Source of the DNA: Candidatus Nomurabacteria bacterium GW2011_GWE2_34_25
GTDB taxonomy: Bacteria; Patescibacteriota; Minisyncoccia; Phycocordibacterales; UBA9973
Reading direction: 5' to 3'
DNA length: 64,000 bases
NCBI GenBank assembly: GCA_000990325.1
Contig: LBPS01000008.1
Coordinates: 97 to 64,096 of the forward strand
Positions within the stretch are counted from its first letter, which is position 1. Each line of letters begins with the position of its first letter. Of this stretch, positions 1 to 11,434 are shown piece by piece. A program made the position numbers and the translations under genes. The notes under the pieces are model-generated. The model worked only from the letters and a program-made list of their open reading frames with translations. It did no database searches and was not told the origin of the DNA.

Positions 1-1
1 C

Positions 2-1891
2 TACGGGCGTGTCTGTCCTATCCACACTCCAGAAGGTCCAAACATTGGTCTCATCTTACACTTATCTACTTATGCAAAGATAAATGAATTTGGTATTATT
101 GAAACTCCATATGTCAAAGTCAAGAATGGCAAGATAACTTCTGAAGTTGTTTACCTAAATGCTCTCGAAGAAGAAAAGTACAACATTGCTCATGCAGGTA
201 TCGACTACGATGATAAAGGAAATATATTGGAAGACAAAGTAGAGGCTCGTCTTAAGACAAAGCCAGGTATGATTTCTAAAATGGAAATCGATTTTATCGA
301 CGTAGCTACGAATCAAGCTTTCTCCGTTGCTACGAGTATGATTCCATTCCTCGAACACGATGATGCTCACCGTACACTCATGGGAAGTAATATGCAGAAA
401 CAGGCTCTTCCTTGTATTATCCCTGAGGTTCCTCTAGTTGCCACTGGCATAGAAGAGTTGGCAAGTCGTGATTCTGGACGTTTAATAATTTCAGAAGTAA
501 CGGGTGTTATCTCTTATGTAGATGCCAAGAAGATAACAGTCAAAGATGATAAAGGTAAAGATCATACATACCCACTTATTACATTTTCTCGTACAAACAA
601 TTTCTCAATATTCCATCAGCGTCCTTCTGTCTCTATGGGGGACAAGATAAAGAAGGGAGACGTTCTTGCTGATACAAGCACCACCGATCATGGCCAGATT
701 GCTATTGGACAGAATGCTCTTATTGCCTTTATGTCATGGGGTGGAGCAAACTACGAAGATGCTATTATTCTCTCAGAAAGATTAGTCAAAGAAAGTAAAT
801 TTACAAGTATTTATGTTACAGAATTCGTTTGTAATGTTCGTGACACAAAGCTTGGACCTGAGATAACAACTCGTGATATCCCAAATGTTGGAGAAAATAA
901 ATTAAAAGACTTAGATGAAGATGGTATCATTGTTGTCGGAGCAGAAGTTGTTGAGAACGATATTCTTGTTGGTAAGATTACTCCAAAAGGGGAGACAGAA
1001 CTTACTCCAGAAGAGAGACTCCTACGTTCTATCTTTACTGAAAAAGCTCGCGACGTGAAGGACACATCACTACGTCTTGAACATGGCAAGAAAGGTAGAG
1101 TTACTGGTGTTAAGATATTCTCCCGTGATCAAGGACACAATCTTGAATCCGGAATTATAAAGAGAATCGTTGTTGAAATCGCACAAATCAGAAACATCTC
1201 AGTTGGAGATAAGCTTTCAGGACGTCACGGAAACAAAGGTGTTATTTCAGTTATCTTACCCGAAGAAGAAATGCCATTCATGGCCGATGGTACACCTGTC
1301 GATGTTATTTTGACCCCTCTTGGAGTTCCATCTCGTATGAACTTAGGACAGGTTTTGGAAATGCATCTTGGTTATGCAGCTCATACACTTGGATATCAAG
1401 CTATCGTTCCTCCGTTTTCTTCAGCAACTGTAGATGAAATCAAAGGAGAACTTGTAAAAGCAGGAATGCCAGAGTCTGGGAAAGTAACTTTATATGACGG
1501 ACGTACAGGTGATGCATTTGATCAAGATGTTGCTATTGGATACATGTATATGCTTAAGCTTCACCACATGGTGGAAGACAAGCTTCACATGCGTTCTATC
1601 GGACCTTACTCTCTCATTACTCAACAGCCTCTCGGTGGTAAAGCTCAAGGTGGAGGTCAGCGTTTCGGAGAAATGGAAGTCTGGGCTCTTGAAGGTCATG
1701 GTGCTGCTTACTCACTTCGTGAAATGTTGACAATTAAATCCGATGATATTATGGGTCGCTCACAGACATTTGACGCAATTATCAAAGGGTTACCAATCGG
1801 TGAACCAAATGTTCCAGCCTCATTCAATGTTCTACTTAATTATCTACGCGGACTATCTCTTGATGTCGAATTAAAAAAGTCGAATGAATAA
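2..1891 (+). CDS. rpoB: DNA-directed RNA polymerase beta subunit, C-terminal part (5' end lies outside the window)
   Basis: The frame stays open from base 2. The translation starts YGRVCPIHTPEGPNIGLI, a universally conserved rpoB motif. The 554-aa ORF called at 227 is the same frame. rpoC follows 25 bp downstream. Confidence 0.97.
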   Translation, partial: YGRVCPIHTPEGPNIGLILHLSTYAKINEFGIIETPYVKVKNGKITSEVVYLNALEEEKYNIAHAGIDYDDKGNILEDKVEARLKTKPGMISKMEIDFIDVATNQAFSVATSMIPFLEHDDAHRTLMGSNMQKQALPCIIPEVPLVATGIEELASRDSGRLIISEVTGVISYVDAKKITVKDDKGKDHTYPLITFSRTNNFSIFHQRPSVSMGDKIKKGDVLADTSTTDHGQIAIGQNALIAFMSWGGANYEDAIILSERLVKESKFTSIYVTEFVCNVRDTKLGPEITTRDIPNVGENKLKDLDEDGIIVVGAEVVENDILVGKITPKGETELTPEERLLRSIFTEKARDVKDTSLRLEHGKKGRVTGVKIFSRDQGHNLESGIIKRIVVEIAQIRNISVGDKLSGRHGNKGVISVILPEEEMPFMADGTPVDVILTPLGVPSRMNLGQVLEMHLGYAAHTLGYQAIVPPFSSATVDEIKGELVKAGMPESGKVTLYDGRTGDAFDQDVAIGYMYMLKLHHMVEDKLHMRSIGPYSLITQQPLGGKAQGGGQRFGEMEVWALEGHGAAYSLREMLTIKSDDIMGRSQTFDAIIKGLPIGEPNVPASFNVLLNYLRGLSLDVELKKSNE

Positions 1892-1916
1892 TTACTAATC
1901 ATAATATATAAAACAT

Positions 1917-4900
1917 ATGAAAATAATTGATACAACAAATTTCGACTCAATAACTCTCAAGCTTGCTTCTCCTGAACGTATAAAGGAGTGGTCTTATGGA
2001 GAAGTTACAAAACCAGAAACTATAAATTACAGAACAGGGCGTAGCGAACGCTCTGGACTATTCGACGAGAGAATATTCGGACCAGAAAAAGACTATGAAT
2101 GTTACTGTGGTAAATATCGAAGAATTCGTTATAAGGATATTATCTGTGAAAAATGTGGAGTGGAAGTTACTCGCTCTATAGTTCGTCGTGACCGTATGGG
2201 TCACATTGAGCTTGCAAGTCCTGTCTCACATATCTGGTTTCTACGTGGTGTGCCTTCACGTATGTCTACTTTGCTCAACATTACAGTCTCAGATCTTGAG
2301 AAAGTTATTTATTTTGCTGGATATATTGTTATCAAAGTTTCAGCAGAAGAGAAAGAAACTATCTCAAAGAATTTAGAGAGTGAATTCAAGTCCAAGATTA
2401 AAAGTGCCAACAATGAAGAAGAAAAGGAAAAGCTAAAGGAGCTTCTCTTAAGTACAAAGCGTGAGATAGCCGAGATAGTTCCAGGTAAAGTTTTGAATGA
2501 AATAGCTTATCATCACTTTGGACTCAAATACGGAAGTTGTTTTGAAGCAAGTATTGGAGCTGAAGCTATCTTTACTATTTTCAAGAATTTAGATTTAGAA
2601 AAATTAAAGACCGAGACCTTAGCGATGCTTCCAAAAGCTTCAAGTATAGACAAAGAAAAGCTTGAGAAAAGAATGTCCCTTATCCGTTCAATGCTTCACT
2701 CTGGTATCCGTCCCGAGTGGATGTTCCTGACAGTTATCCCAGTTATACCTCCAGCTTTACGCCCTATGGTGGCTCTAGATGGTGGACGTCATGCAACTTC
2801 AGACTTAAATGATCTTTATCGCCGTGTTATCAACAGAAATAATCGTCTAAAGAAATTAAAAGAAATTGGTGCTCCAGATGTAATCCTCCGAAATGAAAAA
2901 AGAATTCTACAAGAAGCAGTAGATGCCCTTATCGATAATTCTATTGCCAAGCAAAATGATTCTCAGGCTGTCTCTGCTTCACAGAAGCGTGCACTTAAAT
3001 CTTTGTCCGATAACTTGAAGTCCAAGCAAGGTCTCTTCCGTCAGAATTTGCTCGGTAAGCGCGTAGATTACTCTGGGCGTTCTGTTATCGTTGTGGGTCC
3101 TGGACTCAAGCTCAACCAGTGTGGACTTCCTAAGCACATGGCTCTTGAACTTTTCAAACCATTTGTAATTTCTAAAATTCTTGAGACAGAGCTTGCTTTC
3201 AACATTCGTGGAGCCAATCGCTTAATAGAAGAAAGTATTCCCGAAGTTTGGGCAATACTTGAAGAAGTAATTCGTGGTAAGTACGTACTTCTAAACCGTG
3301 CGCCTACGCTTCACAGACTAGGTATTCAAGCTTTCAATCCTATTCTTATCGAAGGTCACGCTATCCAAGTGCACCCTCTAGTCTGTGCCGGATTCAACGC
3401 CGACTTCGATGGAGACCAGATGGCTGTCTACGTACCTCTTTCCGATATGGCTCAAATGGAAGCACGTGAATATATGGCTTCTAACAAGAACTTGCTCAAG
3501 CCTCAAGATGGTTCTCCTATTATTTTACCGAAAATGGATATTGTTCTTGGTTGTTACTGGATGACGAAAACAGTTGATGGTGAAAAGGGTGAGGGAATGT
3601 ACTTTGCAAGTCCCAACCAAGCTATCACAGCTTTCGATCTTGGTATTATTACTTTCCGTGCCAAGATTAAAGTCTTAGGTACAGAAACAGCAAGATACGA
3701 TAAATATGAAAATAAAGTTTTCGAAACAACAGTTGGAAGATTGTTCTTCAACAGTATTTTCCCAAATGATTTCCCTTATTTAAATGAAGAAATAACTATT
3801 AAGAGAATGTCTCTACTTGTCGATGAACTCATTGTTCACTATGGTATAGATGCTACTCCAAAAGTCTTAGATAAAATTAAAGACTTTGGATATCACTATG
3901 CAACTTACTCAGGTGTTACTTGGGGTATTGATAGTGTGACAGTACCAGTTGGTAAAAAAGAAATTGTGAAGAAATTTAGAAAAGAAGAAGAAGTAGTTCG
4001 TGAACAATTCGCAGAAGGTCTCCTCTCAGAAGATGAACAATATCAAAAGGTTATTGAAATATGGGAGCATGCCAAGAAAGAAATAGAAAAGTTAATTCCA
4101 GCAACTCTCGATCCGAACGGTTCCACTTACGATCTTATTACTTCAGGAGCTCGCGGAAGTATGGGTTCCATGGTACAGATGTGTGGTATGAAGGGACTCA
4201 TTGTAAATACTTCAGGAGCCACTCTCGACTTCCCAATTATTCCATCATACATAGAAGGTCTATCACCACTTGAATACTTCATTACAACTCACGGTTCTCG
4301 TAAGGGTGCCGCCGACACAGCTCTAAATACTGCTAAGGCAGGGTACCTTACACGCCGTCTAGTAGATGTCGCTCAGGATGTGGTAGTGACAGAAGAAGAC
4401 TGTGGTACGAAGAATGGAAAGAAAATTGTAGCAATTGGTAATGATTTTGCTAAATACATACATGGACGTGTTTTGCTAGCCGACATAAAAGGGGCTGATG
4501 GTGTTGTCCTATTTAAGAAAGGCACACTCATAATGAAAGAAGATGCAAGACTTCTAGAAAAGGTTGGAGTCAAAGAAGCTTTAGTTCGTACCCCTCTTTC
4601 TTGTGAGACTACTCACGGCATCTGTCGCATTTGTTATGGTCTAGATCTAGGGCGTAACATCATGGTAGAACTTGGACAAGCAGTTGGTATTATCGCCGCT
4701 CAAGCTATCGGTGAGCCTGGAACACAGCTTACTCTTCGTACTTTCCATGCTGGAGGAGTTGCTACTGTCGATATTACGACAGGTCTTCCTCGTGTTGAAG
4801 AAATTTTTGAAAGACGTATTCCAAAGAATCCTGCAATAATTTCTCAGACAGACGGTGAAGTTCTTGAAATTACCGACAATGGGAAAGAGAAGACTATTAA

Positions 4901-5540
4901 AGTTCTCTCAGATACTAAAACTGATGGTAAGAAAAATGAGATGGAGTACACAGTTGCTTTCCGTCGTCAGCCATTAGTTAAAGCAGGCGCTCATATCAAA
5001 AAAGGTGATCTTCTTACTGATGGATCTGCCGATATCAATGAAATAGTGAAGTATGGAGGCAAGGAAGTTGCTGAAGAGTACATCGTAGATGAGATAAACA
5101 AAGTTTATGATTTACAGAGTGCTTCTATTTCCAGAAAGCATATTGAGATAATTATTCGTCAAATGTTCTCACGTAAAAAGATTAAAGATGCAGGCGATAC
5201 TACCTTCTCGCCAGGAGAAATAGTTGAAACTATTGAACTTATAGAAGAGAACAATCGTTTACAGGAAGAGGGTGGAGGTACTCCTGCTACTGCAGGAACT
5301 ATCGTTCTTGGTATTACTGAAGTTTCTCTTACTACCAAGAGTTGGCTCTCAGCTGCTTCATTCCAAAACACAAACAGAGTCCTCATCAACAATGCTATTC
5401 GTGGAGGAGTTGATAATCTACGTGGACTTAAAGAGAATGTTATCATTGGTAATCTTATCCCAGCTGGTACAGGCTTTGGTGTAAAACGTGTAAGTAAAAA
5501 TGAAAAAGAGGAAGTAAACGAAGAAGAAAGTGTTGCTTAG
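1917..5540 (+). CDS. rpoC: DNA-directed RNA polymerase beta' subunit
   Basis: 1207 aa with the Zn-binding CxxC cluster [23 protein letters not shown], the [11 protein letters not shown] catalytic motif, and the classic rpoB-rpoC synteny. Confidence 0.97.
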   Translation: MKIIDTTNFDSITLKLASPERIKEWSYGEVTKPETINYRTGRSERSGLFDERIFGPEKDYECYCGKYRRIRYKDIICEKCGVEVTRSIVRRDRMGHIELASPVSHIWFLRGVPSRMSTLLNITVSDLEKVIYFAGYIVIKVSAEEKETISKNLESEFKSKIKSANNEEEKEKLKELLLSTKREIAEIVPGKVLNEIAYHHFGLKYGSCFEASIGAEAIFTIFKNLDLEKLKTETLAMLPKASSIDKEKLEKRMSLIRSMLHSGIRPEWMFLTVIPVIPPALRPMVALDGGRHATSDLNDLYRRVINRNNRLKKLKEIGAPDVILRNEKRILQEAVDALIDNSIAKQNDSQAVSASQKRALKSLSDNLKSKQGLFRQNLLGKRVDYSGRSVIVVGPGLKLNQCGLPKHMALELFKPFVISKILETELAFNIRGANRLIEESIPEVWAILEEVIRGKYVLLNRAPTLHRLGIQAFNPILIEGHAIQVHPLVCAGFNADFDGDQMAVYVPLSDMAQMEAREYMASNKNLLKPQDGSPIILPKMDIVLGCYWMTKTVDGEKGEGMYFASPNQAITAFDLGIITFRAKIKVLGTETARYDKYENKVFETTVGRLFFNSIFPNDFPYLNEEITIKRMSLLVDELIVHYGIDATPKVLDKIKDFGYHYATYSGVTWGIDSVTVPVGKKEIVKKFRKEEEVVREQFAEGLLSEDEQYQKVIEIWEHAKKEIEKLIPATLDPNGSTYDLITSGARGSMGSMVQMCGMKGLIVNTSGATLDFPIIPSYIEGLSPLEYFITTHGSRKGAADTALNTAKAGYLTRRLVDVAQDVVVTEEDCGTKNGKKIVAIGNDFAKYIHGRVLLADIKGADGVVLFKKGTLIMKEDARLLEKVGVKEALVRTPLSCETTHGICRICYGLDLGRNIMVELGQAVGIIAAQAIGEPGTQLTLRTFHAGGVATVDITTGLPRVEEIFERRIPKNPAIISQTDGEVLEITDNGKEKTIKVLSDTKTDGKKNEMEYTVAFRRQPLVKAGAHIKKGDLLTDGSADINEIVKYGGKEVAEEYIVDEINKVYDLQSASISRKHIEIIIRQMFSRKKIKDAGDTTFSPGEIVETIELIEENNRLQEEGGGTPATAGTIVLGITEVSLTTKSWLSAASFQNTNRVLINNAIRGGVDNLRGLKENVIIGNLIPAGTGFGVKRVSKNEKEEVNEEESVA

Positions 5541-5548
5541 TAAATAAT

Positions 5549-5577
5549 GCCAGCCCTAAGCGTGGCTTAGGACTGGC
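5549..5577 (+). terminator. GC-rich stem-loop after rpoC (gccagccctaagc-gtg-gcttaggactggc)
   Basis: A 13-bp inverted repeat with one mismatch lies immediately 3' of the rpoC stop. No strong T-tract follows. Confidence 0.45.
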
Positions 5578-5598
5578 CGGGCGCAAGTCCTTAAAATT

Positions 5599-7269
5599 AT
5601 GCAAAGCGAAACAAAAAATTGCCAGAATTGCAAAAAAGACTTCACTATAGAGTCGGATGATTTTTTGTTTTACGAGAAAATAAAAGTCCCTCCTCCAACA
5701 TGGTGTCCTGATTGTAGACAGCAAAGACGGTATGCATGGAGAAATGAAAGAACTCTTTATAGAAGAGATTGTAATTTGTGTGGCAAGAGTACAGTTACAA
5801 TTTATTCACCAAATAAAGATTTAAAAGTTTATTGTTTGAAATGTTGGTGGGGAGATGGTTGGGATCCATCATCTTATGGTAAGGATTTTGATTTTTCTCG
5901 ACCCTTTTTTGAACAGTATAAGGAGTTACAAAAAATAGTTCCAAGAATGGCTGTTTTGAGTAAAAATACAATTAATTCAGAATATACCAATCATTGTCGA
6001 GACAACAAGAATGTTTATCTTACTTTTACTTGTACTGATAGTGAAGATATTTCATATTCAACATGGATAATGAAATCAAGAAATTGTATGGATTGTAGTT
6101 ATATTTATGAAGGAGGAGAAAGACTATATGAGTGTATAGATTCACGCAAGGTATATCATTGTCAATATGGAATTCTTTTAGAGAATTGTGTTGATTGCTA
6201 TTATTGTTACGATTGTCATAATTGTAATGATTGTTTCATGTCTTCAAATTTAAGGAATAAAAGTTTTGTTTTTAAAAATCAACAATATTCTCGTGAAGCA
6301 TATTTAGAAAAAATATCTGAATATAATTTAAATTCATATCTAAATCGTGAAAAATTATATAAAGAATTTCTTGATTTTATGGTCTTTAATTCTATCCATC
6401 GTTATGTTATAAGTGAACGTAATGTAAATTCCATTGGCAATATGTTGTTTAACAGTAAAAATGCAATTAATTGTTTTGATTCTGAAGTTATTGAAGATGT
6501 GAAAAATGCATATGCAGTTTTAGTCTTAAAAAATTCAATGGATTTATATCATATTGGATGGAATACAGAATTAGCTTATGAAGATCATGGGTGTACCAAG
6601 ATCTATAATTGTCAGTTTTGTCATCTTTGCTATGATGATTCTCACTTAATATATTGTGATTCTTGCCAAAATAGTCAAAATCTTTTTGGTTGTATTTCGA
6701 TCAAGAAAGGAGAATATATGATTTTAAATAAGAAATACTCAAAAGAAGAATATTTAGAGTTAAAAGAAAAGATAATAGAACATATGAAAAAAATAGGTGA
6801 ATATGGAGAATTTTTTCCACCATCCATTTCCCCAGTTTGTTATAATGAAACGCAAGGTAATTATTATATGCCAGAAACTAAGGAAGAGATTTTATCTCGT
6901 GGTTGGCTTTGGGAAGATAAGATACCAGGTATTTTTGGTAAAGAAACAATTCAACCAGAAGATATTCCAGATAGTATAAAAGATGTAGATAACTCTATTT
7001 CAAAAGAGATATTAAAATGTATTTCTTGTACAAAAAATTATAATATTGTACCAGATGAATTGACTTTTTATCGTCGAGAAGAGATTCCTATTCCAAGAAA
7101 TTGTCCAGAATGTAGATATAAAAAGAGATTTAATTTGCGATTACCTCGTAAGCTCTGGCGTCGTTCCTGTATGAAGGAAGGCTGTAATAACGAATTTGAA
7201 ACTTCATATGCACCAGAGAGGCTTGAGATAGTGTATTGTGAGCAGTGTTATCAACAGGAAGTGTATTAG
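5599..7269 (+). CDS. Cys-rich repeat protein with N- and C-terminal tandem zinc ribbons (paralog 1 of 4)
   Basis: 556 aa. The N-terminus reads CQNCKKDFTI...FYEKIKVPPPTWCPDCR...RDCNLCG...VYCLKCW. The C-terminus reads CISCTKNYNI...FYRREEIPIPRNCPECR...RSCMKEGCNNEFETSYAPERLEIVYCEQCYQQEVY. Internal repeats follow the pattern NCxDCxxCxNLxNKxYxIxNKxYSKEEY. The same architecture recurs at 21768, 38663 and 46757. Confidence 0.8.
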   Translation: MQSETKNCQNCKKDFTIESDDFLFYEKIKVPPPTWCPDCRQQRRYAWRNERTLYRRDCNLCGKSTVTIYSPNKDLKVYCLKCWWGDGWDPSSYGKDFDFSRPFFEQYKELQKIVPRMAVLSKNTINSEYTNHCRDNKNVYLTFTCTDSEDISYSTWIMKSRNCMDCSYIYEGGERLYECIDSRKVYHCQYGILLENCVDCYYCYDCHNCNDCFMSSNLRNKSFVFKNQQYSREAYLEKISEYNLNSYLNREKLYKEFLDFMVFNSIHRYVISERNVNSIGNMLFNSKNAINCFDSEVIEDVKNAYAVLVLKNSMDLYHIGWNTELAYEDHGCTKIYNCQFCHLCYDDSHLIYCDSCQNSQNLFGCISIKKGEYMILNKKYSKEEYLELKEKIIEHMKKIGEYGEFFPPSISPVCYNETQGNYYMPETKEEILSRGWLWEDKIPGIFGKETIQPEDIPDSIKDVDNSISKEILKCISCTKNYNIVPDELTFYRREEIPIPRNCPECRYKKRFNLRLPRKLWRRSCMKEGCNNEFETSYAPERLEIVYCEQCYQQEVY

Positions 7270-7270
7270 T

Positions 7271-7296
7271 TTTTTGACATAAGTCCGACTTATGTC
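7271..7296 (+). terminator. Rho-independent-type hairpin (T-run then gacataagt-ccg-acttatgtc)
   Basis: A 9-bp perfect stem with a ccg loop, preceded by TTTTTT. The AAGTCCGACTT core recurs at 46649. Confidence 0.5.
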
Positions 7297-7328
7297 TGGA
7301 AAGTAAAATTAGGTAATTAATCAAAACA

Positions 7329-9098
7329 ATGAGTACAAATAATAATGTTGAGAAAATCAAAGAAAGGCTTTCCATTGTTGATGTTATTTCTTCGTACATG
7401 CAAGTGGAGCAGTCGGGGAAGAATTTCAAAGCGAAGTGTCCATTTCACAACGAGAAGACGCCATCCTTTTTCATATCTCTAGATCGGGGGACTTACTACT
7501 GTTTTGGTTGTGGAGAGAAGGGGGACATATTCTCTTTCATTCAAAAATTCGAAGGAACAGATTTTATGGGAGCACTGAAATTACTTGCTGAAAAAGCAGG
7601 AGTAACTCTTGAGACAAGGTCTAAAGATTCTGACGGTAAAGATAAGGAAAAGAAAGAACTTTATTATGAAATAATGGATGAAGCCACCAAGTTTTTCGAA
7701 AGTAATTTTGATAAAGAGCCAAAGGCACGCGCATATCTTTTGAGTAGAGGTTTAACAGATGCAACTATTAAGAATTTTCGTGTTGGTTTTGCGAAAGATG
7801 AGTGGAGGTCGCTGTCTGACTATCTAACTACAAAAGGTTATAAAATACAAGATTTGGAAATTGTTGGCTTGGTAAAAAAATCTGAGAAGGGTACATATGA
7901 TCGTTTCCGCTCTAGAATAATTTTCCCTATAAGTGATTCAAGTGGTAGAGTCATAGCTTTCTCGGGGCGTATCTTTGGCAAGGATGATGCAACAGAAGCT
8001 AAATATTTAAATAGTCCCGACACCCCACTTTTCAATAAATCCAATGTACTATTTGGTATAGATAAAGCCAAATTAGCTATTAGGAAGAGAGGCTATAGTA
8101 TTGTAGTTGAAGGACAGATGGACTTGATTCTTTCTCATCAAGCAGATTTTCTAAATACAGTAGCTGTTTCAGGTACTGCCTTTACTGATGACGTTGTAGA
8201 TAATGAAGATAAGATAAATAACTTAGGTTTGATACGCAGACTTTCTTCGAACATTATATTTGCTTACGACGGGGACTCTGCCGGTATAAGGGCTGCTAGC
8301 CGTTCAGCTATCATAGCTTTATCACTTGATATGCAAGTAAAAATAGCTAAATTACCAGAGGGGAAAGATCCAGCAGATATTATAAAAGAGAATCCCGATG
8401 AATGGAAAGAAATTATTAAAAATTCCACAGATATTATAACTTTTCACGTAGATAGAATCTGTAAAAATACAAACGACATAAGGCAAAGAGGTAAGCTCGT
8501 GAGGGATATTATTTTTCCATTTTTAGTCGTAATTAAAAGTTCAATAGATAGATCTTCTTATGTTTCTATAATTAATTCTAAAACAGGTATACCCTCAAGC
8601 GCAATTATTGAGGACTTCATAGTTTATGAAAGGAACCATAAGGTAGAGAACAATACAAGTAAAGATAAAGATATTCTCATAAAAAAAGAAGAATTATCAA
8701 GAAGAGATAATTTAGAAAAAAGACTTTTTGGTATAATTTTCTGGCAAGCACAGAATGACTTAGGTATAGTAGTAGAGGATATATATAAATCACTAGAAGA
8801 AAAAATTGGTAAAGATTTATTCCTACAGATAAGAGATACCCATGAGCCATATAAAGATATTCTCGCATCTGAAGCAGAAATGTGGTATGGTAACAGGATA
8901 AAAGACATATCTCGCGATATTAGAGAGATAATGCTTAATTTAGAAGAGGAAATCCTAAATGAACGTAAAATATTTTTACAAAATCAAATAAATGAACAAA
9001 AGGATAAAGGTGAAGATTTTGACCCCGGTCCCATACTTATAGATTATCAACAAACAGTCGAACGTATAGCAAAAATAAAAAATCATAGATCACAATAA
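7329..9098 (+). CDS. dnaG: DNA primase
   Basis: Zinc-ribbon motif [11 protein letters not shown]...[17 protein letters not shown] motifs VVEGQMD and YDGDSAG, and rpoD lies 4 bp downstream (dnaG-rpoD operon). Confidence 0.93.
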   Translation: MSTNNNVEKIKERLSIVDVISSYMQVEQSGKNFKAKCPFHNEKTPSFFISLDRGTYYCFGCGEKGDIFSFIQKFEGTDFMGALKLLAEKAGVTLETRSKDSDGKDKEKKELYYEIMDEATKFFESNFDKEPKARAYLLSRGLTDATIKNFRVGFAKDEWRSLSDYLTTKGYKIQDLEIVGLVKKSEKGTYDRFRSRIIFPISDSSGRVIAFSGRIFGKDDATEAKYLNSPDTPLFNKSNVLFGIDKAKLAIRKRGYSIVVEGQMDLILSHQADFLNTVAVSGTAFTDDVVDNEDKINNLGLIRRLSSNIIFAYDGDSAGIRAASRSAIIALSLDMQVKIAKLPEGKDPADIIKENPDEWKEIIKNSTDIITFHVDRICKNTNDIRQRGKLVRDIIFPFLVVIKSSIDRSSYVSIINSKTGIPSSAIIEDFIVYERNHKVENNTSKDKDILIKKEELSRRDNLEKRLFGIIFWQAQNDLGIVVEDIYKSLEEKIGKDLFLQIRDTHEPYKDILASEAEMWYGNRIKDISRDIREIMLNLEEEILNERKIFLQNQINEQKDKGEDFDPGPILIDYQQTVERIAKIKNHRSQ

Positions 9099-9102
9099 TT
9101 TT

Positions 9103-10440
9103 ATGGTAAAAAAGACAAAACAAAAAACAAAAAAGGTAGTTACTAAGAAAAAGGTTATTAAAAAGCCAGTCAAAAAATTGGTTAAAAAAGTTGCACATAA
9201 AAAAATTTCTAATAAAAAGAAAGTTGTAAAAAAAACGAAACAAAAAAACAAAAAAACAGTTACAAAGAAAAAAGTTGTAAAAAAGCCAGTAAAGAAAGTG
9301 GTAAAGAAAACTGTCCCTAAAAAAATATCACCTAAAAGTTTTTCTAAAAAAGAGGCGCTAGAGAAGAGGCAGAAGGACGAAGAAACCAGGGCCGTTCTAA
9401 TGATAGAAAAGGGAAAGAAGAGAGGATTTGTGACTTATGATGAGATTATCAAAGAATTTCCAGATATAGAAACAAACATTTTATTTTTAGATGATTTATA
9501 TGATCGTTTTGCTGTTGCTGGGATTGATGTACTTGAGGGGGGTAATTTGCTTGATACAAGTGGCGACATGGAGAAACTTGCTTTGAAATATAGTAAAGAT
9601 GCTAAGACTTATGATTCGATCCAAATGTATTTAAAAGAGATAGGTCAGTATCCACTGATTGCTGCTGGTGAAGAAAGGGAGCTAGCGAAAAGAATTGAGA
9701 AAGGAGATATAGAAGCCAAGAATTTACTTGCTCGTGCAAATCTTCGCCTTGTTGTTTCCATTGCTAAAAAGTATGTAGGACGAAGTTCAGATCTTACTTT
9801 ACTTGATCTTATTCAAGAAGGGAATCTAGGTTTGTTCAAAGCTGTTGAGAAATTTGACTGGACAAAGGGTTATAAATTCTCAACTTATGCTACATGGTGG
9901 ATTCGTCAGTCTATTACTCGTGCCCTAGCCGACCAGTCTCGTACTATTCGTATTCCTGTTCACATGGTAGAGACAATTTCTAAATACAAGCAGGTAGTCA
10001 GACGTTTGTCTCAAGATTTAGGTCGTGAACCTCTCGTAGAGGAGATAGCCACAGAGATGAATTTGGAAGTTGAGAAGATTCATATAATAGAACAGATCAA
10101 CCAAGAGACTGTATCACTTGAGCAACCAATAGGGGACGATGATGAGAAGTCCACACGAGGTGAATTTATACCAGATGACAAGATTCTTCGACCAGACCAA
10201 GATTCTTCACGCAGAATTCTTTCTGACCAGATAAGAGAAGTACTTGAGACTTTGAGTCCAAAGGAGAGGAAGATTCTAGAGCTTCGCTATGGGCTTATGG
10301 ACGGTGTACAGCATACGCTTGAAGAGGTAGGACAAGAGTTCGGTGTTACTCGTGAACGTATTCGTCAGATCGAAGCTAAGGTTCATGAAAAGCTTCGTAA
10401 TAATGAAAAAATCGCAAGATTAAAGAATTACTTTGATTAA
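9103..10440 (+). CDS. rpoD: RNA polymerase sigma-70 (primary sigma factor) with a lysine-rich N-terminal extension
   Basis: Region 2 ([28 protein letters not shown]) and region 4 ([18 protein letters not shown]) motifs. The N-terminal ~85 aa are an H1-like K-rich tandem repeat. Confidence 0.93.
   Translation: MVKKTKQKTKKVVTKKKVIKKPVKKLVKKVAHKKISNKKKVVKKTKQKNKKTVTKKKVVKKPVKKVVKKTVPKKISPKSFSKKEALEKRQKDEETRAVLMIEKGKKRGFVTYDEIIKEFPDIETNILFLDDLYDRFAVAGIDVLEGGNLLDTSGDMEKLALKYSKDAKTYDSIQMYLKEIGQYPLIAAGEERELAKRIEKGDIEAKNLLARANLRLVVSIAKKYVGRSSDLTLLDLIQEGNLGLFKAVEKFDWTKGYKFSTYATWWIRQSITRALADQSRTIRIPVHMVETISKYKQVVRRLSQDLGREPLVEEIATEMNLEVEKIHIIEQINQETVSLEQPIGDDDEKSTRGEFIPDDKILRPDQDSSRRILSDQIREVLETLSPKERKILELRYGLMDGVQHTLEEVGQEFGVTRERIRQIEAKVHEKLRNNEKIARLKNYFD
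9106..9340 (+). repeat. Tandem direct repeat (~2 x 120 bp) encoding the K-rich N-terminal extension of RpoD
   Basis: The peptide [29 protein letters not shown] is repeated as [29 protein letters not shown]. The DNA repeats are near-identical. Confidence 0.7.
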
Positions 10441-10453
10441 TTAAAATACAAAT

Positions 10454-10484
10454 AGCACCGCCAACAAGTTGGCGGTGCTATTTG
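10454..10484. terminator. Bidirectional rho-independent terminator (agcaccgccaac-aagt-tggcggtgct + TTTG)
   Basis: A perfect 12-bp GC-rich stem between convergent rpoD (+) and the DsbA-like gene (-), flanked by A and T runs on both sides. Confidence 0.8.
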
Positions 10485-10503
10485 TATTAAATTTCTAATT
10501 GTC

Positions 10504-11268
10504 TTATAAATTATCTGTTGGTTCTACATCATCGGCTGTTTTCATAAGCCCAAAGACTAAATCAATATATTTCCAGAAAGCATTATTATCTTTTAGTTTA
10601 GCCACACATTCAGATGCGGCTGCTTTTTGAAGAGCATATTGACCCTTGCTTGTATTTACATGAACTGGCCAGTGACGATAAATCCAAGCAACCTTACCAT
10701 TTGATTCCGCTACTATCTTTTTTGCGGTCACACTAAATGCTTTACAATAAGGGCATTCAAGATCTGAATACTCTATAATAGTAACTAAGGCATCTAAATT
10801 ACCAATAATATGATCTTTTTCATTTGGTAATGGAATTTCCCCTTTATAATTTGAAATAGCTGTACCGGCTAACATGTTATCTATGGTTGTTTTAACTCCT
10901 TTTTGTTTTTCTGTAACGTCAGGAATATTATAATCATCATATGGAATATTGCCTAGCAGTTCCATTTTTGTTCCATCTTTGCCCACAAGTACAATATATG
11001 GAGTTCCTCTTTGTAGGGCAGGTATATCTTTCATTACAATATCTGCACTAGTTGCGGTTGAACTATATAAATCTTCCAGATTAGTATCTTTCATACAAGA
11101 ATCCATAGCTTCTTTTTTAACTCCAACTTGTTCTGATAAAGTTTTTTCTTTTTCTATCTTATTTCCTACTCCACTACTATTAGTTACTAAAATTGCTATC
11201 ATAATGAGCACTCCTGCAACTATAATAGCTGTAGGTGTATTAATACTTTGTTTTTTTTCGTTTTCCAT
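10504..11268 (-). CDS. DsbA-family thiol:disulfide oxidoreductase (thioredoxin fold) with N-terminal membrane anchor
   Basis: CPYC active-site motif (SDLECPYCKAF), an N-terminal hydrophobic segment, and a thioredoxin-like C-terminal region. Confidence 0.75.
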   Translation of the reverse strand: MENEKKQSINTPTAIIVAGVLIMIAILVTNSSGVGNKIEKEKTLSEQVGVKKEAMDSCMKDTNLEDLYSSTATSADIVMKDIPALQRGTPYIVLVGKDGTKMELLGNIPYDDYNIPDVTEKQKGVKTTIDNMLAGTAISNYKGEIPLPNEKDHIIGNLDALVTIIEYSDLECPYCKAFSVTAKKIVAESNGKVAWIYRHWPVHVNTSKGQYALQKAAASECVAKLKDNNAFWKYIDLVFGLMKTADDVEPTDNL

Positions 11269-11397
11269 TTGATTATTATATCACCCTATAGTTAATTTTG
11301 AAAGTTAAATATTTGATACCTAATTATAAAGATTAAGCATCCAATATCTGTTATAGGACATCATTTAATTAGATAAAGTTATTACCCAAAAATCTCT

Positions 11398-11424
11398 TGA
11401 AATTGTTAATAAATATGATATAAT
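11398..11424 (+). promoter_or_regulatory. Candidate sigma-70 promoter (TTGAAA ... extended -10 TGaTATAAT) for the glycosyltransferase operon
   Basis: Near-consensus hexamers lie roughly 10 bp upstream of the ATG at 11435, implying a very short leader. Confidence 0.4.
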
Positions 11425-11434
11425 ACTAAATATA

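Noticed and set aside
811-1730. Antisense and alternative-frame ORFs inside rpoB (811-1089 -, 1490-1699 -, 1494-1730 +)
   Set aside because: They overlap a strongly conserved rpoB reading frame completely and give low-complexity translations with no motifs. They are spurious.
2188-5724. Small ORFs inside or antisense to rpoC (2188, 3554, 4061, 4373, 5159, 5272, 5455)
   Set aside because: They are embedded in rpoC or its terminator region with no independent signals. They are typical six-frame noise.
9103-9340. K-rich tandem repeat region as a possible CRISPR or satellite array
   Set aside because: There are only two units. They are in-frame within rpoD and encode a lysine-rich peptide. They are not spacer-repeat architecture.
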